From assembly GCA_001661245.1 (NCBI GenBank), contig KV454011.1, positions 1 to 64,000 of the forward strand: a stretch of DNA of 64,000 nt, given 5' to 3'. This DNA comes from Pachysolen tannophilus NRRL Y-2460. Taxonomy: Eukaryota. The notes beneath the pieces were generated by a model. The model saw nothing but the letters and a program-made list of their open reading frames with translations, had not been told where the DNA came from and searched no databases. The translations under genes and the position numbers were made by a program. Positions within the stretch are counted from its first letter, which is position 1; each line of letters starts with the position of its first letter. Below, in pieces: positions 20,293-31,722 of this stretch.

Positions 20293-22239
20293 TTACAATT
20301 TGGCACTCAATTCATTTTGTTCCTCGAGTAAGAGAGTTCTCAATTCAGTTGCAGCTTCAGTCAAGTAGAAGTATAGTTTTTCACTTGTGTATCCGAATCC
20401 GTTTGATTTAAAACAGGAAATGTTGACATGTAAAAAATCCTCAGTAATCATGTAAGCTAAACCAAATCCATCAGGAACAACTGGAGCCCAGCCATATCCG
20501 CTAAATTCGTTTGAACTTAATTGAGAAGTTGATAAGAACCAATGTGAAGAATATGAAAACATAGGATCTTTGAAAAAATCGTGAACCGGTTCATTTGGTT
20601 CAAGCATTTGCTTTAAACCAAAGAAATGTCTATCACAACCTAAACCATTTGAGGCTCTTGATATATAATTTAAGTGTGATTTGATTGCTTCTCTGAATAA
20701 CTGTAATTTAACTTTTTTAGTAACGGAAGGATCTTGCCAACCTTCTACAAATCTAAGACTTTCTGAAGAAACAGAACGGCATGTTTCAGTTCTACCACCA
20801 AAGAATTTCCTAGTAGAAGCCGATTCATAAGTTGGTTTACAAACTCCAGTCATCTTGTAAAAACCAAGTTGAATTAACATTTGAATAAAAGCATCTGGAG
20901 AAATTTTAAATTTTTTAATCAAGTTTTTACCTAAACCAAAATATTGCCAAACTTCTAAATCCAAGCTGGAAACTGTCTTATTAAATTCAACAGTTGCTTT
21001 TTCAATTGCAAGCTTAGTAGCAGGAGTAATATCCCAATTTAAAATCTCAATGTCATTAATCTGAGAAACATCTGATGTTAAAGGACTTTCAAAGACACTT
21101 GTTTCATAAATGTTCAATTGTTTAATCAACCAATCATTCATTCTCAATGTTGGGGTACCATCCATCTTTGAATGTTCACCCAAGAACCCTGATGCACCAT
21201 TTGAAGCAACAAAGAATTGAACAGGTTTATCGAACCAGCGGTTTGTTCCATTTCCATGCCAACAATTACGTGATTTTTCCTTAACACTAACTGGTGAATT
21301 ATTATCAAGGCATAAAACAAAAGATGAAGCATGAATCTCTCTTAAATTTTTAACATTTAAAGGAGATTTTGTCAATTCTTTATAATCTTTGGTCCAAACA
21401 TCACGATTTGATGAAGTTAATATTCCTATTGGATCATAAGAAATCAGTGAAGATGATGATGTAACAACATTCAACAATTGTTGATAAATTTGAGATTCAT
21501 TAATTGGATTACCATTCAAATCATGATGATAAACTTTATAGAATTGATCATTATAAATAACAATTAAAAATCTATTTTCCAAAGGAGTGAATTTAATATT
21601 ACAATCTCTTGTATCATTTGGAACACGACAATTGTTAAACATCCATTTAAAAGATTCCATACAAAATGGAGTATTTTTATTTACTTCTGGCAGTAAAGTT
21701 TCATTTTCAATTGATTCCATAAATTCAACAGTTTTTTTAATAATTAAAGATGCTTTCATCAATTGATTTGAATCAATTTTTTTATTTGTTAATCCTTTAT
21801 GAGAATAAAAATAAGAAACAAATGGAGAAACAGGATCTCTATATTCCAAATAAGCATAATTATCCCACCATTTCGCTAACCAATTTCTTTGACCTTTTTC
21901 CAGTGCAACTTCAAGTAATCTCTGTTGTAATAATTCACCTTGACCCCCTGGCTTGATGAAATCCGAAACTATAGATGCTGTCTTATTAAAATCTTGTAAA
22001 TTTTTCCCATATAATGGCTTCAAAGATTTTAAATATAATGAAGTTGATTCTTCCAACTCTGGAACAGGTAACAGCGGCAATTCATCTTGATATTGAAATA
22101 ATTTTTCTTTACCACCAGAACGAGAAACCAGCGATTCAGAAAATTGTCTTCTAATTGGCATAGTAATAACAGTAATCGATCCTACAAATCTTAACCTCGA
22201 TACCAATGATATAAATGACTGTGGTCTAGGTCTAATCAT
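20293..22239 (-). CDS. CAT2: Carnitine O-acetyltransferase, mitochondrial/peroxisomal
   Basis: LPxLPVP, NRWFDK, catalytic EHSKMDG, YESASTR, GRTE, STS; Arg/Ser-rich presequence and C-terminal AKL PTS1. Confidence 0.92.
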   Translation of the reverse strand: MIRPRPQSFISLVSRLRFVGSITVITMPIRRQFSESLVSRSGGKEKLFQYQDELPLLPVPELEESTSLYLKSLKPLYGKNLQDFNKTASIVSDFIKPGGQGELLQQRLLEVALEKGQRNWLAKWWDNYAYLEYRDPVSPFVSYFYSHKGLTNKKIDSNQLMKASLIIKKTVEFMESIENETLLPEVNKNTPFCMESFKWMFNNCRVPNDTRDCNIKFTPLENRFLIVIYNDQFYKVYHHDLNGNPINESQIYQQLLNVVTSSSSLISYDPIGILTSSNRDVWTKDYKELTKSPLNVKNLREIHASSFVLCLDNNSPVSVKEKSRNCWHGNGTNRWFDKPVQFFVASNGASGFLGEHSKMDGTPTLRMNDWLIKQLNIYETSVFESPLTSDVSQINDIEILNWDITPATKLAIEKATVEFNKTVSSLDLEVWQYFGLGKNLIKKFKISPDAFIQMLIQLGFYKMTGVCKPTYESASTRKFFGGRTETCRSVSSESLRFVEGWQDPSVTKKVKLQLFREAIKSHLNYISRASNGLGCDRHFFGLKQMLEPNEPVHDFFKDPMFSYSSHWFLSTSQLSSNEFSGYGWAPVVPDGFGLAYMITEDFLHVNISCFKSNGFGYTSEKLYFYLTEAATELRTLLLEEQNELSAKL

Positions 22240-23027
22240 CTATCAAATAATAATAATATAGTAATAAGTTTAATTTATTACTATCTCTCTCTCAAGCAAG
22301 GATACGAAAAAAATTGGTCTTGTATTAATTTTTGTAATAATTCTTTTTCATAAATAAATACCATTACTCAATTGATTTTGACCTCGGTTGAAATGAAAAG
22401 ATGCACGTAACCCCACAAAAAAAGTACAAGAAAAATAAAATGGAAATTGAAAAATTTAAAGTGGAATTTTAGGAAATTTTTAAACCAATTTTTTGTATTT
22501 CCAAAATGTTAATGGTCACACTTTTATCAGGTACCTTTCACAACTGAAAACTTTCTCATTTTCATTTCTCAACTCTTGGTTTCCTTCTTTACCCCATACC
22601 CCAAAAACAGAGCCCCTCTTCATGGAAAGATCAATCAATAACAATTTCTTGAAAACTATGTTTAATACCCACCAATACCTAATACAATATGGGCTTCCCT
22701 AAAGATAATGATACCGGAAGAAATTTTTCCTTTTATGGACTATTTGCTGTCCGGTGCACTACCGGGTAATTTTTTTTTTGTTTTTCTTTTCTTCCAGTAA
22801 AGTGAGCCAAGTACTAATGTTTATAGAGCACGCGTTCTTCCGAGATGTCCATAGAGACAATAATACCCTAAATCTTGATTTTCTTTAGTACCGATTTTGT
22901 TTGATTTTGAGATTGAGCTATAATCTTGTTGGTGGTTGCCCGTTTTTTTGTGGTTTGCTTAGCTGAGTTGATTTATAGCAGAACAGGGAATAGGGAAAAG
23001 GGAATAGGGGAAGAGACGAGACGTAAG

Positions 23028-25211
23028 ATGTCGTCTTATGGTGAGGATAGTGGTAACAACGACGATGGTGTCGGGCACAGCAAGACCGTTATTGATGTCG
23101 TTACTGGAAATGGGGGTGTGGATCCCAGTCAGAATGTGGAAATGGGTATGAATTTGAACTTGAACAAGTATTATCAGTTTTATGTCCCCATGGCAGGAGC
23201 GAGTATTCCTAGTGTACCTAGTGTACCTAGTGTACCGATTCCAATGCCTCATGGGTTTTCTCATACAGCTCCAGTCACTGTTCATGGTACTGAAAATCCA
23301 ATAGGGTATGGTGATTTTTTCAATTCTGCTAGAGAAGTTGAGCCTGTAGCTGAAAGGAGGAAAAGAAGTTATACACATAAGAAATATTTGGATAATTTGA
23401 GTATAAGTAGTGGGTTAAATGCAGTACATTTCAACGTTGATCCGATTCAAAATCAACAAGAATTATTTCTGAACGTTGGTCATGATCATTGGCCAAAGAT
23501 CCTGGTAGATTCTCAGGCGATACCATATGGTTCAACACAAACTTCAGGTCAATCATTAAATTCAAGAGGATTAACAAAATATGAATTGTCACTTGTAGAA
23601 CTGGCAGTGAAAAGTATATCTCAAGGTATTGAAATTGAAGAATTTTCAAACAATTTGAAAATTACAAGAAAATATTTAAATAAACTTGATAATGAAACTT
23701 CGTCAAAGAAAAATCCAGAGACAGAAACAAATAAAAATATTTTTGTTTTACGTTGTCTTTTCCAAGTAATGAATCCAGTTGATGTAAATCATACTACAAG
23801 TTCTTCCAGTATTACAAATGCTTCTGGTATTACAGGTTCTGAACTCGCGAAAAGCTCAAATAAAAATAGAGAGATGCAGTATTCAATGATGGCTACACCG
23901 AGATCATTAGTTTATGCAGCATACCAGATGCTATGTGAAAAAGCCAACGTGGAACCAATAGGCCAATCAGGACTAGGAAAATTGTTGAAAATTGCATTCC
24001 CAACAGTAGCAACAAAGAGACTAGGTGTAAGAGGATACTCAAAATATCACTATGTTGGTATAACTTTAAAGCCAGAATTAAAAGAAATGGTGATGAATTA
24101 TGTACGTGAACACGAACATGAACGTGAAAATGAAAAAGAACAGGAACATGTACATGAACATGAACTGCAACAAAAAAAAAACTCTACCGATTCTCCACAA
24201 ATATCCGTTTCCAGTACCCAACTGAAGAACTCTATAATAACACCCGCAACTTTACCTCAATATAAAGATCAGCAAATATTCAAATTTTTTAATCAAGAAC
24301 TACAAAATAATCAAAGAAGTCTTGAAAATTATTTAGCTAGACCTAGAGCATCAACTATATATCCAACACTATGTTTTGATCAAAGTGCTATTTTCGCAAA
24401 CCCAAATAATGGTTCTTTGTCTATGAATGAACCATTAGTTCTGTCACTTAATGATTACTTGTTAAATTCAGACTTGGATGGGGCAATTAAGCATGTCACA
24501 TCTATTGAAGATTTAACAATATTGAAAGACCTATATAAAAATTCATTAATTTTTTTAAGTCCTTTATCTTATAAAGGAGGAGACGAATTGATATTGAACA
24601 ATTTGACAAACATATCAGATAACTTTTTAAATAATTATACTTCAATGGTGACAAAAAGTAAAGAAATTGATTTGACATGTTTTTTCATCAATATTTTGAA
24701 AAGAATCATTATTTGTTCAAGGACTTCATTATCTACATCAAAAATTTTAATTGAAGAAAATTATCAAATGTTGAAAGAGTTTGAATCATTAGAATTAGAT
24801 AGTATTGTTTGTTTTGAAATTGATGGAGTTTCAGAAAGATTAAAAGCTTTTGAAATTTTATCAAGTCTTAAAAATTTTTTAAATTCAATAACTGAAACAG
24901 TTCAATTGGCACAAAATGCAACAAATTTTTCTTCAGATATGAAACTTTCTGTTGAATTTAATATTCAAGAATCATTGGTAATGGAAAATTTTGTTAGTTT
25001 TTTAAAAAATTTAGAAACATCATTTGGTAAAACAAGTATAAAGACTTTACTACTTTTCACAGAAAAAATCATTACTAGAGTTTTAAATGAATTATATAAA
25101 AATAATTCAAATATTTTTGCCAAGTGGTGGGTTATTAGTTGCTGGATTAATGAATGGTTAGGCTATAGAGGTGAAATGGCAGGGTTTAAAATTTTACAAA
25201 TTACTTATTAA
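23028..25211 (+). CDS. RFX1: RFX winged-helix transcription factor (Rfx1/Crt1)
   Basis: PRSLVYAAY...LGKLLKIAFP...TKRLGVRGYSKYHYVGI RFX DNA-binding domain; first ATG at 23028. Confidence 0.85.
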   Translation: MSSYGEDSGNNDDGVGHSKTVIDVVTGNGGVDPSQNVEMGMNLNLNKYYQFYVPMAGASIPSVPSVPSVPIPMPHGFSHTAPVTVHGTENPIGYGDFFNSAREVEPVAERRKRSYTHKKYLDNLSISSGLNAVHFNVDPIQNQQELFLNVGHDHWPKILVDSQAIPYGSTQTSGQSLNSRGLTKYELSLVELAVKSISQGIEIEEFSNNLKITRKYLNKLDNETSSKKNPETETNKNIFVLRCLFQVMNPVDVNHTTSSSSITNASGITGSELAKSSNKNREMQYSMMATPRSLVYAAYQMLCEKANVEPIGQSGLGKLLKIAFPTVATKRLGVRGYSKYHYVGITLKPELKEMVMNYVREHEHERENEKEQEHVHEHELQQKKNSTDSPQISVSSTQLKNSIITPATLPQYKDQQIFKFFNQELQNNQRSLENYLARPRASTIYPTLCFDQSAIFANPNNGSLSMNEPLVLSLNDYLLNSDLDGAIKHVTSIEDLTILKDLYKNSLIFLSPLSYKGGDELILNNLTNISDNFLNNYTSMVTKSKEIDLTCFFINILKRIIICSRTSLSTSKILIEENYQMLKEFESLELDSIVCFEIDGVSERLKAFEILSSLKNFLNSITETVQLAQNATNFSSDMKLSVEFNIQESLVMENFVSFLKNLETSFGKTSIKTLLLFTEKIITRVLNELYKNNSNIFAKWWVISCWINEWLGYRGEMAGFKILQITY

Positions 25212-25357
25212 TATTCTAGATTATAAGACATATAACGTTTCTAGATCTCAATTGTATATATATCTATATATATATATATCAATATATGAATAAAAAAATG
25301 AAAAATAAAACTTCACTAATCGTAATTCATTGAAAGAAAAGGGTGGAAAAAAAAAGT

Positions 25358-26322
25358 TTAATTACCTAATCTATAACCTTTACCTCTAAAAGCTGTAGTT
25401 CTAGAAGTAAAAGAAGTGTTTGAAGATGTAGTTCTACCAGTTGGAGATCTATCACTTGATAAAGGTGTACCATCACTAAAATTATTTCTTGGTCTAACAT
25501 AAGCAACGTTTGGACTTCCAGTAATTAATTTTCTTAACCAACTTGGAGCAGGTAAATATCCATCGTAATATAATTCTTCAATATAGGTATTACTATTTAA
25601 AGAATTCAAAGTCCCCACTCTCTTAGTAGTTTGATTTGAATCTTTTTTAATTAAACTCATCAATGGACCTAAAGTTGAAGTTTCCAAACAATTATATAAA
25701 TATGCAGCAAGCATTCCTACAAATGCTTGTAAAAAATCTTGTTTCCCATTTAATAATAACCTGAAACCCAAAGATACAGCAGGTAAGATTGCAGCTTTCA
25801 TTGTTATAAAATAAAAATTAACTTGTTGATTTCTATTAGCAATAGACCAAGTATAAGTTAAAGCTGATAATAATGCACTTTGTAAAGATAATGCACTTGT
25901 CCATGGTGATGTAAATAAGATTAAAGGTGTCACAATAACATAATAAAAAATGTAATCGGCAATATTGATAAACTTATTTTCTTCTAAACCCCGACTATAT
26001 GAATAAATCATATATAAATCCATTAATGATTGCATTGGCTGATCATGAATATTACAAACAAAAAATGACGTAATTAACCTCCAAAATTGGTATTTTTTAA
26101 TAACCAACGGCCAGTAACAGATTAATGAAACAGGCTTAACAATATCAATTGAAAATAGTCCAGCTACCGACAATGATGTCAAAGTTAAAATTCTTGTAAT
26201 TGGTGGAATTTGAGAAACAAATCTAAATTAACATGTTGTTAACAAATCATTCCTACAAAAAAAAAATAAAAATTAAAATAAAAAAAAAAAAAAAAATTCA
26301 CTTACTGACGAAGTTCTGACAT
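25358..26322 (-). CDS. DFM1: Derlin with C-terminal SHP box; 2 exons (26322-26306, 26222-25358)
   Basis: Spliced N-terminus MSELRQFVSQIPPITR; intron GTAAGT...TGTTAAC...TAG; QFWRLITSFF WR motif; FRGKGYRLG SHP box. Confidence 0.85.
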
Positions 26323-26981
26323 AATCTATTCCAATGAATTTTTGTATATATATGAATCAAAAGATAAGTTTAAATAGTCTAATCGACTGATTAATAACTA
26401 TACTTAATTTAAACTATATTCATCTATTTACATACAATATATATTTGAAATGTGACTTTTTGCTCTTTAAATTTTTTTTTGGCATAGAAAAGAGTGTGAG
26501 AAAATTAAAATCACCAAAAAAAAACAGGTAGTGCGATGAGTACCAAAATATCAAAAAAAGAAAGATTACAATTAAGTAGAAAAGTGCTATTAACACTTTT
26601 CACAACATCTATAAGCCTATAAAGAGGTTATTAGTTGGTTTTAATGGAAATGATGGTGTCTTAAATTCAAATTGTTAAAAAGGTAAATGAAAATTTAAGT
26701 CTTGTTAAATCCCGCGAAAGGTATCGCACAAGTCCGTCAATACTCCGAATAAAACTAATTGGTTGATTATTAAATATATACTTGAAAACCTCGTTAATTA
26801 TTACAATAATAATATTAATTAAATTCTCTGCATAGAATCAAAGACATTAAACCAAGTATAAATCATAATCTTTGCATTTAATGGTAATAATTTTGGCAAT
26901 CTCCGTATAATCTGCAGTAAATGCAAAAAAAAAACAGAAAAAGTGAAAAAAAGTGAAAAAAATTTTGCTTTTCATTTCAGG

Positions 26982-27439
26982 CACGTTTTCCATTAAAGAT
27001 TGATTAAGCACAAATAAAAAAAAAATCCAGTATACAGAAGCTTATTTATTTCTTTTACTAGTAAGTATAGTATGATTCGTGTGATGATGAGATGAGTGGA
27101 AAGGAAAAAAAAACTACAATAAATAACCTCACTAATACAAGACACGCGGGATAACAAACAAATTAAATGTAAAATAGTGTGAATAATAAATTTATTTATT
27201 GTTAAGTCAAATCACTAAATAATTTAAATTTTTCATTTTACTGTATGCATCTTCTTTTCTATTCTTTTCTTTTTATTTCTCTTTCTCTAATGCTCGTGCG
27301 ATCTGATTTATTTTTTTTTTATTTTTTATTTTTTCTTGCTTGATTTAATTAAGCATCGTGGGTATATATATTTTTGATCAAGTTAGCTATGGCAAAGTTA
27401 ACTAAATTGTTTCTTTCTACATATTTTTTTAGCCACGTT
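26982..27439. promoter_or_regulatory. Two CACGTT (Pho4-type) sites upstream of the GIT1-like transporter
   Basis: CACGTT at 26982-26987 and 27434-27439; GIT1 is phosphate-regulated in yeasts. Confidence 0.35.
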
Positions 27440-27832
27440 CAAACTTTCAAACTTAATAGTGATTAAATAGTACCTATTAAAGTAATTATAAAAAGGGAAA
27501 ACTAATTGGAAGAAGAAAATTTGAGCCGTACATACGCTGCAAGCTGCATATAATAATAAATAATAATAAATACTTCCATTTGAGAACCGGACAAGCCTGC
27601 GATTACCTCTCGTAATGGGTAAGAGCAACACCCAGTTATGTGAAGGGTTTCTTAATAGATTATTATCTCTAGAAAAGTTTATCTATCAGTGCCATCCATA
27701 TATTCATATGAATATTTTCATATATATATATCTTCTTTGCATCCTCTTAAAAGTTGAAAAAAAAAAGAAAAATTCCATCGCAGATTGTAATTCGAGGTAT
27801 ATATAGTTTAAAAAAAAAAAAAAAAAAAGAGA

Positions 27833-29674
27833 ATGTCTACTAGAGATATACCACATTCTTTTTCTCAATTTGCTACAGGATGGATTCCTAGAGCTAGAAA
27901 AGAGATTACTCTTAATAAATCTACTGGAGAAATTGTTGAAAAAATCGCTCCTGTTGCTCCAGCTGAAAATATTTTCTCTGAAGTTGATGATGAAATTTCA
28001 GATAGAGTTAGAACTAAAAGTTTATGGGCAATTTTCACTGCAGGTGCCGGTTTATTTTCTGATGGTTATGTCAATAACTCTATATCAACAGTATCAACTT
28101 GTTTAAAAATTCTTTATCCAACAGAATACGCTGATAGTAGAGCAATATCAAATGTTTCATCTATTGTATTTGCAGGTACCGTTTTAGGTCAGTTAATCTT
28201 TGGGGTATGGTCAGATTACTTCTCAAGAAAAAATGCAATGATCACTTCCACAGTAATCTTGATCGTGTTCACTATATTAACATCTGGTTCATGGGGTTAT
28301 AAAGGTTCCATTAATGGTATGCTTGTAAGTAAAAGTAAAGTGTTTTTTTTTTTCTTTTCTCTTTTCTCTTTTCCCCCATTGGAAGATAGATAGCACATGC
28401 CATGCTGCCCTCTGGTCACCGTGCACACTATCTCTTTTAAAAGCAAAATGCGCGAAAAAATAGGGGAAAAATTTGAAAAAACAGAAAAAAGGTTTGCAAA
28501 AGATAATAATAAATAATAAGTTACTAACATTTGAAAAATACATTTTTTTTAGGCTGCATTAACTGCATACAGATTTTTCTTGGGTATTGGTATTGGAGGA
28601 GAATACCCAGCAGGATCAGTTGCATGCGCAGAGGCATCATCGTTGTTACCTCCTGGTAAAAGAAATAGGTATTTCTGTTGGTTTACTAATTTTATGATTG
28701 ATTCCGGGTTTGTTGTTTCTGCATTTGTTCCAATGGTGATGTTGTGGATCTGTACTCCTAAGCATTTAACTCCGGTTTGGAGAGTAACTTTGGGTTTAGG
28801 TGCAATTCCACCAATTTCATTATTTTTCATGCGTTTAATGTTTCAAGAGGGAAAACAATTTAAAAAATTGAATTTTAAAAGAACTAGAGTACCATATTGG
28901 TTGGTTATAAAATTTTATTGGTTTAGATTGGCTGTTGTTTCTATTATTTGGTTTATTTATGATTTTAGTAGTTATGCTTTTGGTCTTTATTCTTCAAATA
29001 TCTTGGATATAATTATTCCAGATGGTGATTTATACAAGACTTTTGGTTGGAATGTTGTCTTAAACTTATTTTATATTCCAGGTGCATTTTTAGGTGCAAT
29101 TTCTGCAGATTATTTTGGACCAAGACTTACATTAGCAGCTGGTGTCTCTTTACAATCAATTGTTGGTTATATCATGGCTGGTTGTTTTGAACCTTTATCA
29201 AAACATGTTGGGGGTTTTGTTGTTGTTTATGGTATCTTTTTAACATTGGGAGAATTTGGACCTGGTGATTGTATTGGTTTATTATCTTCAAAGACTTCAG
29301 CAACTCCAATTAGAGGTCAATATTACGGTATTGCTGCTGCTATTGGTAAAGTTGGTGCCTTTGTAGGTACTTATCTTTTCCCAATTATCCAAGATGATGC
29401 AGGTGGTGCTTCTACAATTAAAGGTGAACAAGCTCCATTTTGGGTTGCTTCATCCCTTTGTGTATTTAGTGCATTTTTAACTTTATTTTTCTTGCCTCCT
29501 GTTGATCAAGAAGCTGTTGAAAATGAAGATAAGACTTTCATTACCTACCTTCATGATTCAGGTTTCGATATCAGCTTATTGGGTGATGCAGATGAAACTT
29601 CAAGTGGACTGTCTTCAAATGATGAACATGAGGTTGAACAAATTGTTACTGAAACTCATGTTGATAAATCATAA
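27833..29674 (+). CDS. Glycerophosphodiester (GIT1-family) MFS transporter; 2 exons (27833-28324, 28553-29674)
   Basis: Intron 28325 GTAAGT...TACTAAC(28522)...TAG 28552 joins GSINGML to AALTAYRFFLGIGIGGEYP; GAGLFSDGYVNN; GEFGPGD. Confidence 0.9.
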
Positions 29675-29974
29675 GCTTGGTATTTGCTAAAAAACAAGAA
29701 AGCAAAAAAAAAGAAAAAAGGCAAACAGTACAAGGTTTTTAATTGTTTTCGATTTAATTTTATTTTATTTTTCATTTTAACAAAAAGCATTTTTAACTGC
29801 AAGTGGGTTTTCTATTTATATATTATAATTGTGTTGATAAAAAGCAATATCTTTTTACTCGTATCTATTTTTGTATACATAATTTCTTTCGTTTCATTTT
29901 TATTTTGATATTTCTGTTAAATATTTATAGTGTAAAAAGTAATACTTCACCATTATTTCCTAATTATAATCTAT

Positions 29975-31378
29975 TTATTCATCAGACCAATCAATATTAT
30001 TTGTTTCATTAAATTCCTTGTATTTACTATCCAATAAAGAATCCAATTCATATTTACCCTTATTTGAATTTTGAGTATTTGTATTACTATCATTACCAAT
30101 AGTATTAGGGAGAGTAAATTGAGGAGGATTTTGAACCATTGAAGAAGAATCATTCCCTCCAACAATTTCCAACATATCATGGGTTTTATTTCTAGCAGCT
30201 ACTCTTGATGGAGTTTTCTTTAATTCTTGTTTTGAAGGGGCAAAATGTATTGTTCTGGGAGGAGAATTCACTATATTTATGGAGTTACTATCATCATTAT
30301 CACCAATTCCTCCTAATAATTGTTTATTTTTAGTTGGAGATACCATTGACGTTATCTTTGGAGGACTAGGTATATCTGGAGATGAAAACAGATCATGTTG
30401 ATTACTGAACCGATTATTTGATGATGATATAACTGGCCTTACTTGAAATCTCTTATTGGGTGTTAAAGCTCTTTTTTCATTGACACTAGTAAATATTCTA
30501 TTTGTGGATAATTTTGTAGGAGAAGAGATTTGATGAGTTGGAGTTGGAGGTTTCAAATTATCCACAGAATCATACGCGTTTTCTTTATTAAAAATTGTCT
30601 TGTTCACATTATATGTAGTTGGTGATGATGACGGATTCATGTTTGGCTTAGGACTGCGAGGAACTCTCTTTCTATTAGGAGTGGAAGAAGGGAATTTTGA
30701 ATAATTTCCATGACCACTATCATCTTCACCTTCATCATCATCTTCATCTGGGTTATTGTTATTGTTATCGTTATCGTTATTAGCCGTTGTATTTATTTGA
30801 TTATAATATCTTTGCTGTATATTATCTGCAGTATTTGTTGAAATCGAATTATTAGCAAAACTCGATCCTAATTCATCAATTTCTGATTTTATAGGGGAAC
30901 TTCTCTCACCTTTATCCACTACAGAATTTCGATCTTGATTCGCATTTTCCATATTATTACCACTACCACCACCGTTGACCAAGTCATCATAATTATCGGC
31001 TCCACTAAATTGAACATTAGCACTATCTTCGAAAAAATTCTTCCAAAAGCTAACATTCGCCCATAAATTCTTGGAATTTTTAGAATATTCTTGTATTATA
31101 GGTATGACATTATCATTCAAAATTTTATTCGATTTACTCAAATTCCTATCCATATCTTGTAAAGTCAAAGTAATCTCTTGCTCCAATTTCTCCAATTCCA
31201 AAGTTTGCTGTTGAATCTCATTTTCTTCATCATAATCTTTACCTATCAAAGTCGATCTTGTAGTATAAATAGTGGATTTCCTCTTTCCACTGCCAACACT
31301 TCCAACACTTCCAACATTATTATTATTATTATTATTACTACTGTTACTATTACTATTACTATTACTATGAGTAAGCAT
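29975..31378 (-). CDS. ASK1: DASH/Dam1 complex subunit Ask1
   Basis: LEKLEQEITLTLQDMDRNLS...FWKNFFEDSANV Ask1 domain; S/TP-rich disordered tail. Confidence 0.88.
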   Translation of the reverse strand: MLTHSNSNSNSNSSNNNNNNNVGSVGSVGSGKRKSTIYTTRSTLIGKDYDEENEIQQQTLELEKLEQEITLTLQDMDRNLSKSNKILNDNVIPIIQEYSKNSKNLWANVSFWKNFFEDSANVQFSGADNYDDLVNGGGSGNNMENANQDRNSVVDKGERSSPIKSEIDELGSSFANNSISTNTADNIQQRYYNQINTTANNDNDNNNNNPDEDDDEGEDDSGHGNYSKFPSSTPNRKRVPRSPKPNMNPSSSPTTYNVNKTIFNKENAYDSVDNLKPPTPTHQISSPTKLSTNRIFTSVNEKRALTPNKRFQVRPVISSSNNRFSNQHDLFSSPDIPSPPKITSMVSPTKNKQLLGGIGDNDDSNSINIVNSPPRTIHFAPSKQELKKTPSRVAARNKTHDMLEIVGGNDSSSMVQNPPQFTLPNTIGNDSNTNTQNSNKGKYELDSLLDSKYKEFNETNNIDWSDE

Positions 31379-31493
31379 ATTCTATGATAATGATACAACC
31401 AAGTCAAATAAATATTCTATCCAACAACCATTAATTATATTCGAAACAACCTTTTTATTTATCTTTTTATTTATTTTTTTTTATTTGTAAATG

Positions 31494-31534
31494 ACGCGTC
31501 ACACTTGTTTGACCGTGAAAAATTGTCAACGCGT
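31494..31534. promoter_or_regulatory. Two MCB elements (ACGCGT) upstream of ASK1
   Basis: ACGCGT at 31494-31499 and 31529-31534, about 115-155 bp upstream of the ATG. Confidence 0.65.
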
Positions 31535-31722
31535 TGGCAGATGGATTAACAGTTATATTACCAGAGAACCAGTAAAGAGGTATACGAAAGTGGTATTAGT
31601 AGGTTTAATTCATTTTACAGTATGTCAAGTGGTTCATTCTTTGAGTGGTTCTTTAAAGTATTCTCTTGGGTTAAGTCTATCGAAAAAAAATATGTTAAAA
31701 AAAAAAAAAAAGAAAAAAGCTG

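Noticed and set aside
28580..29674. Two separate MFS genes (27833-28393 and 28580-29674) or a pseudogene
   Set aside because: A canonical intron (28325-28552) joins them in frame
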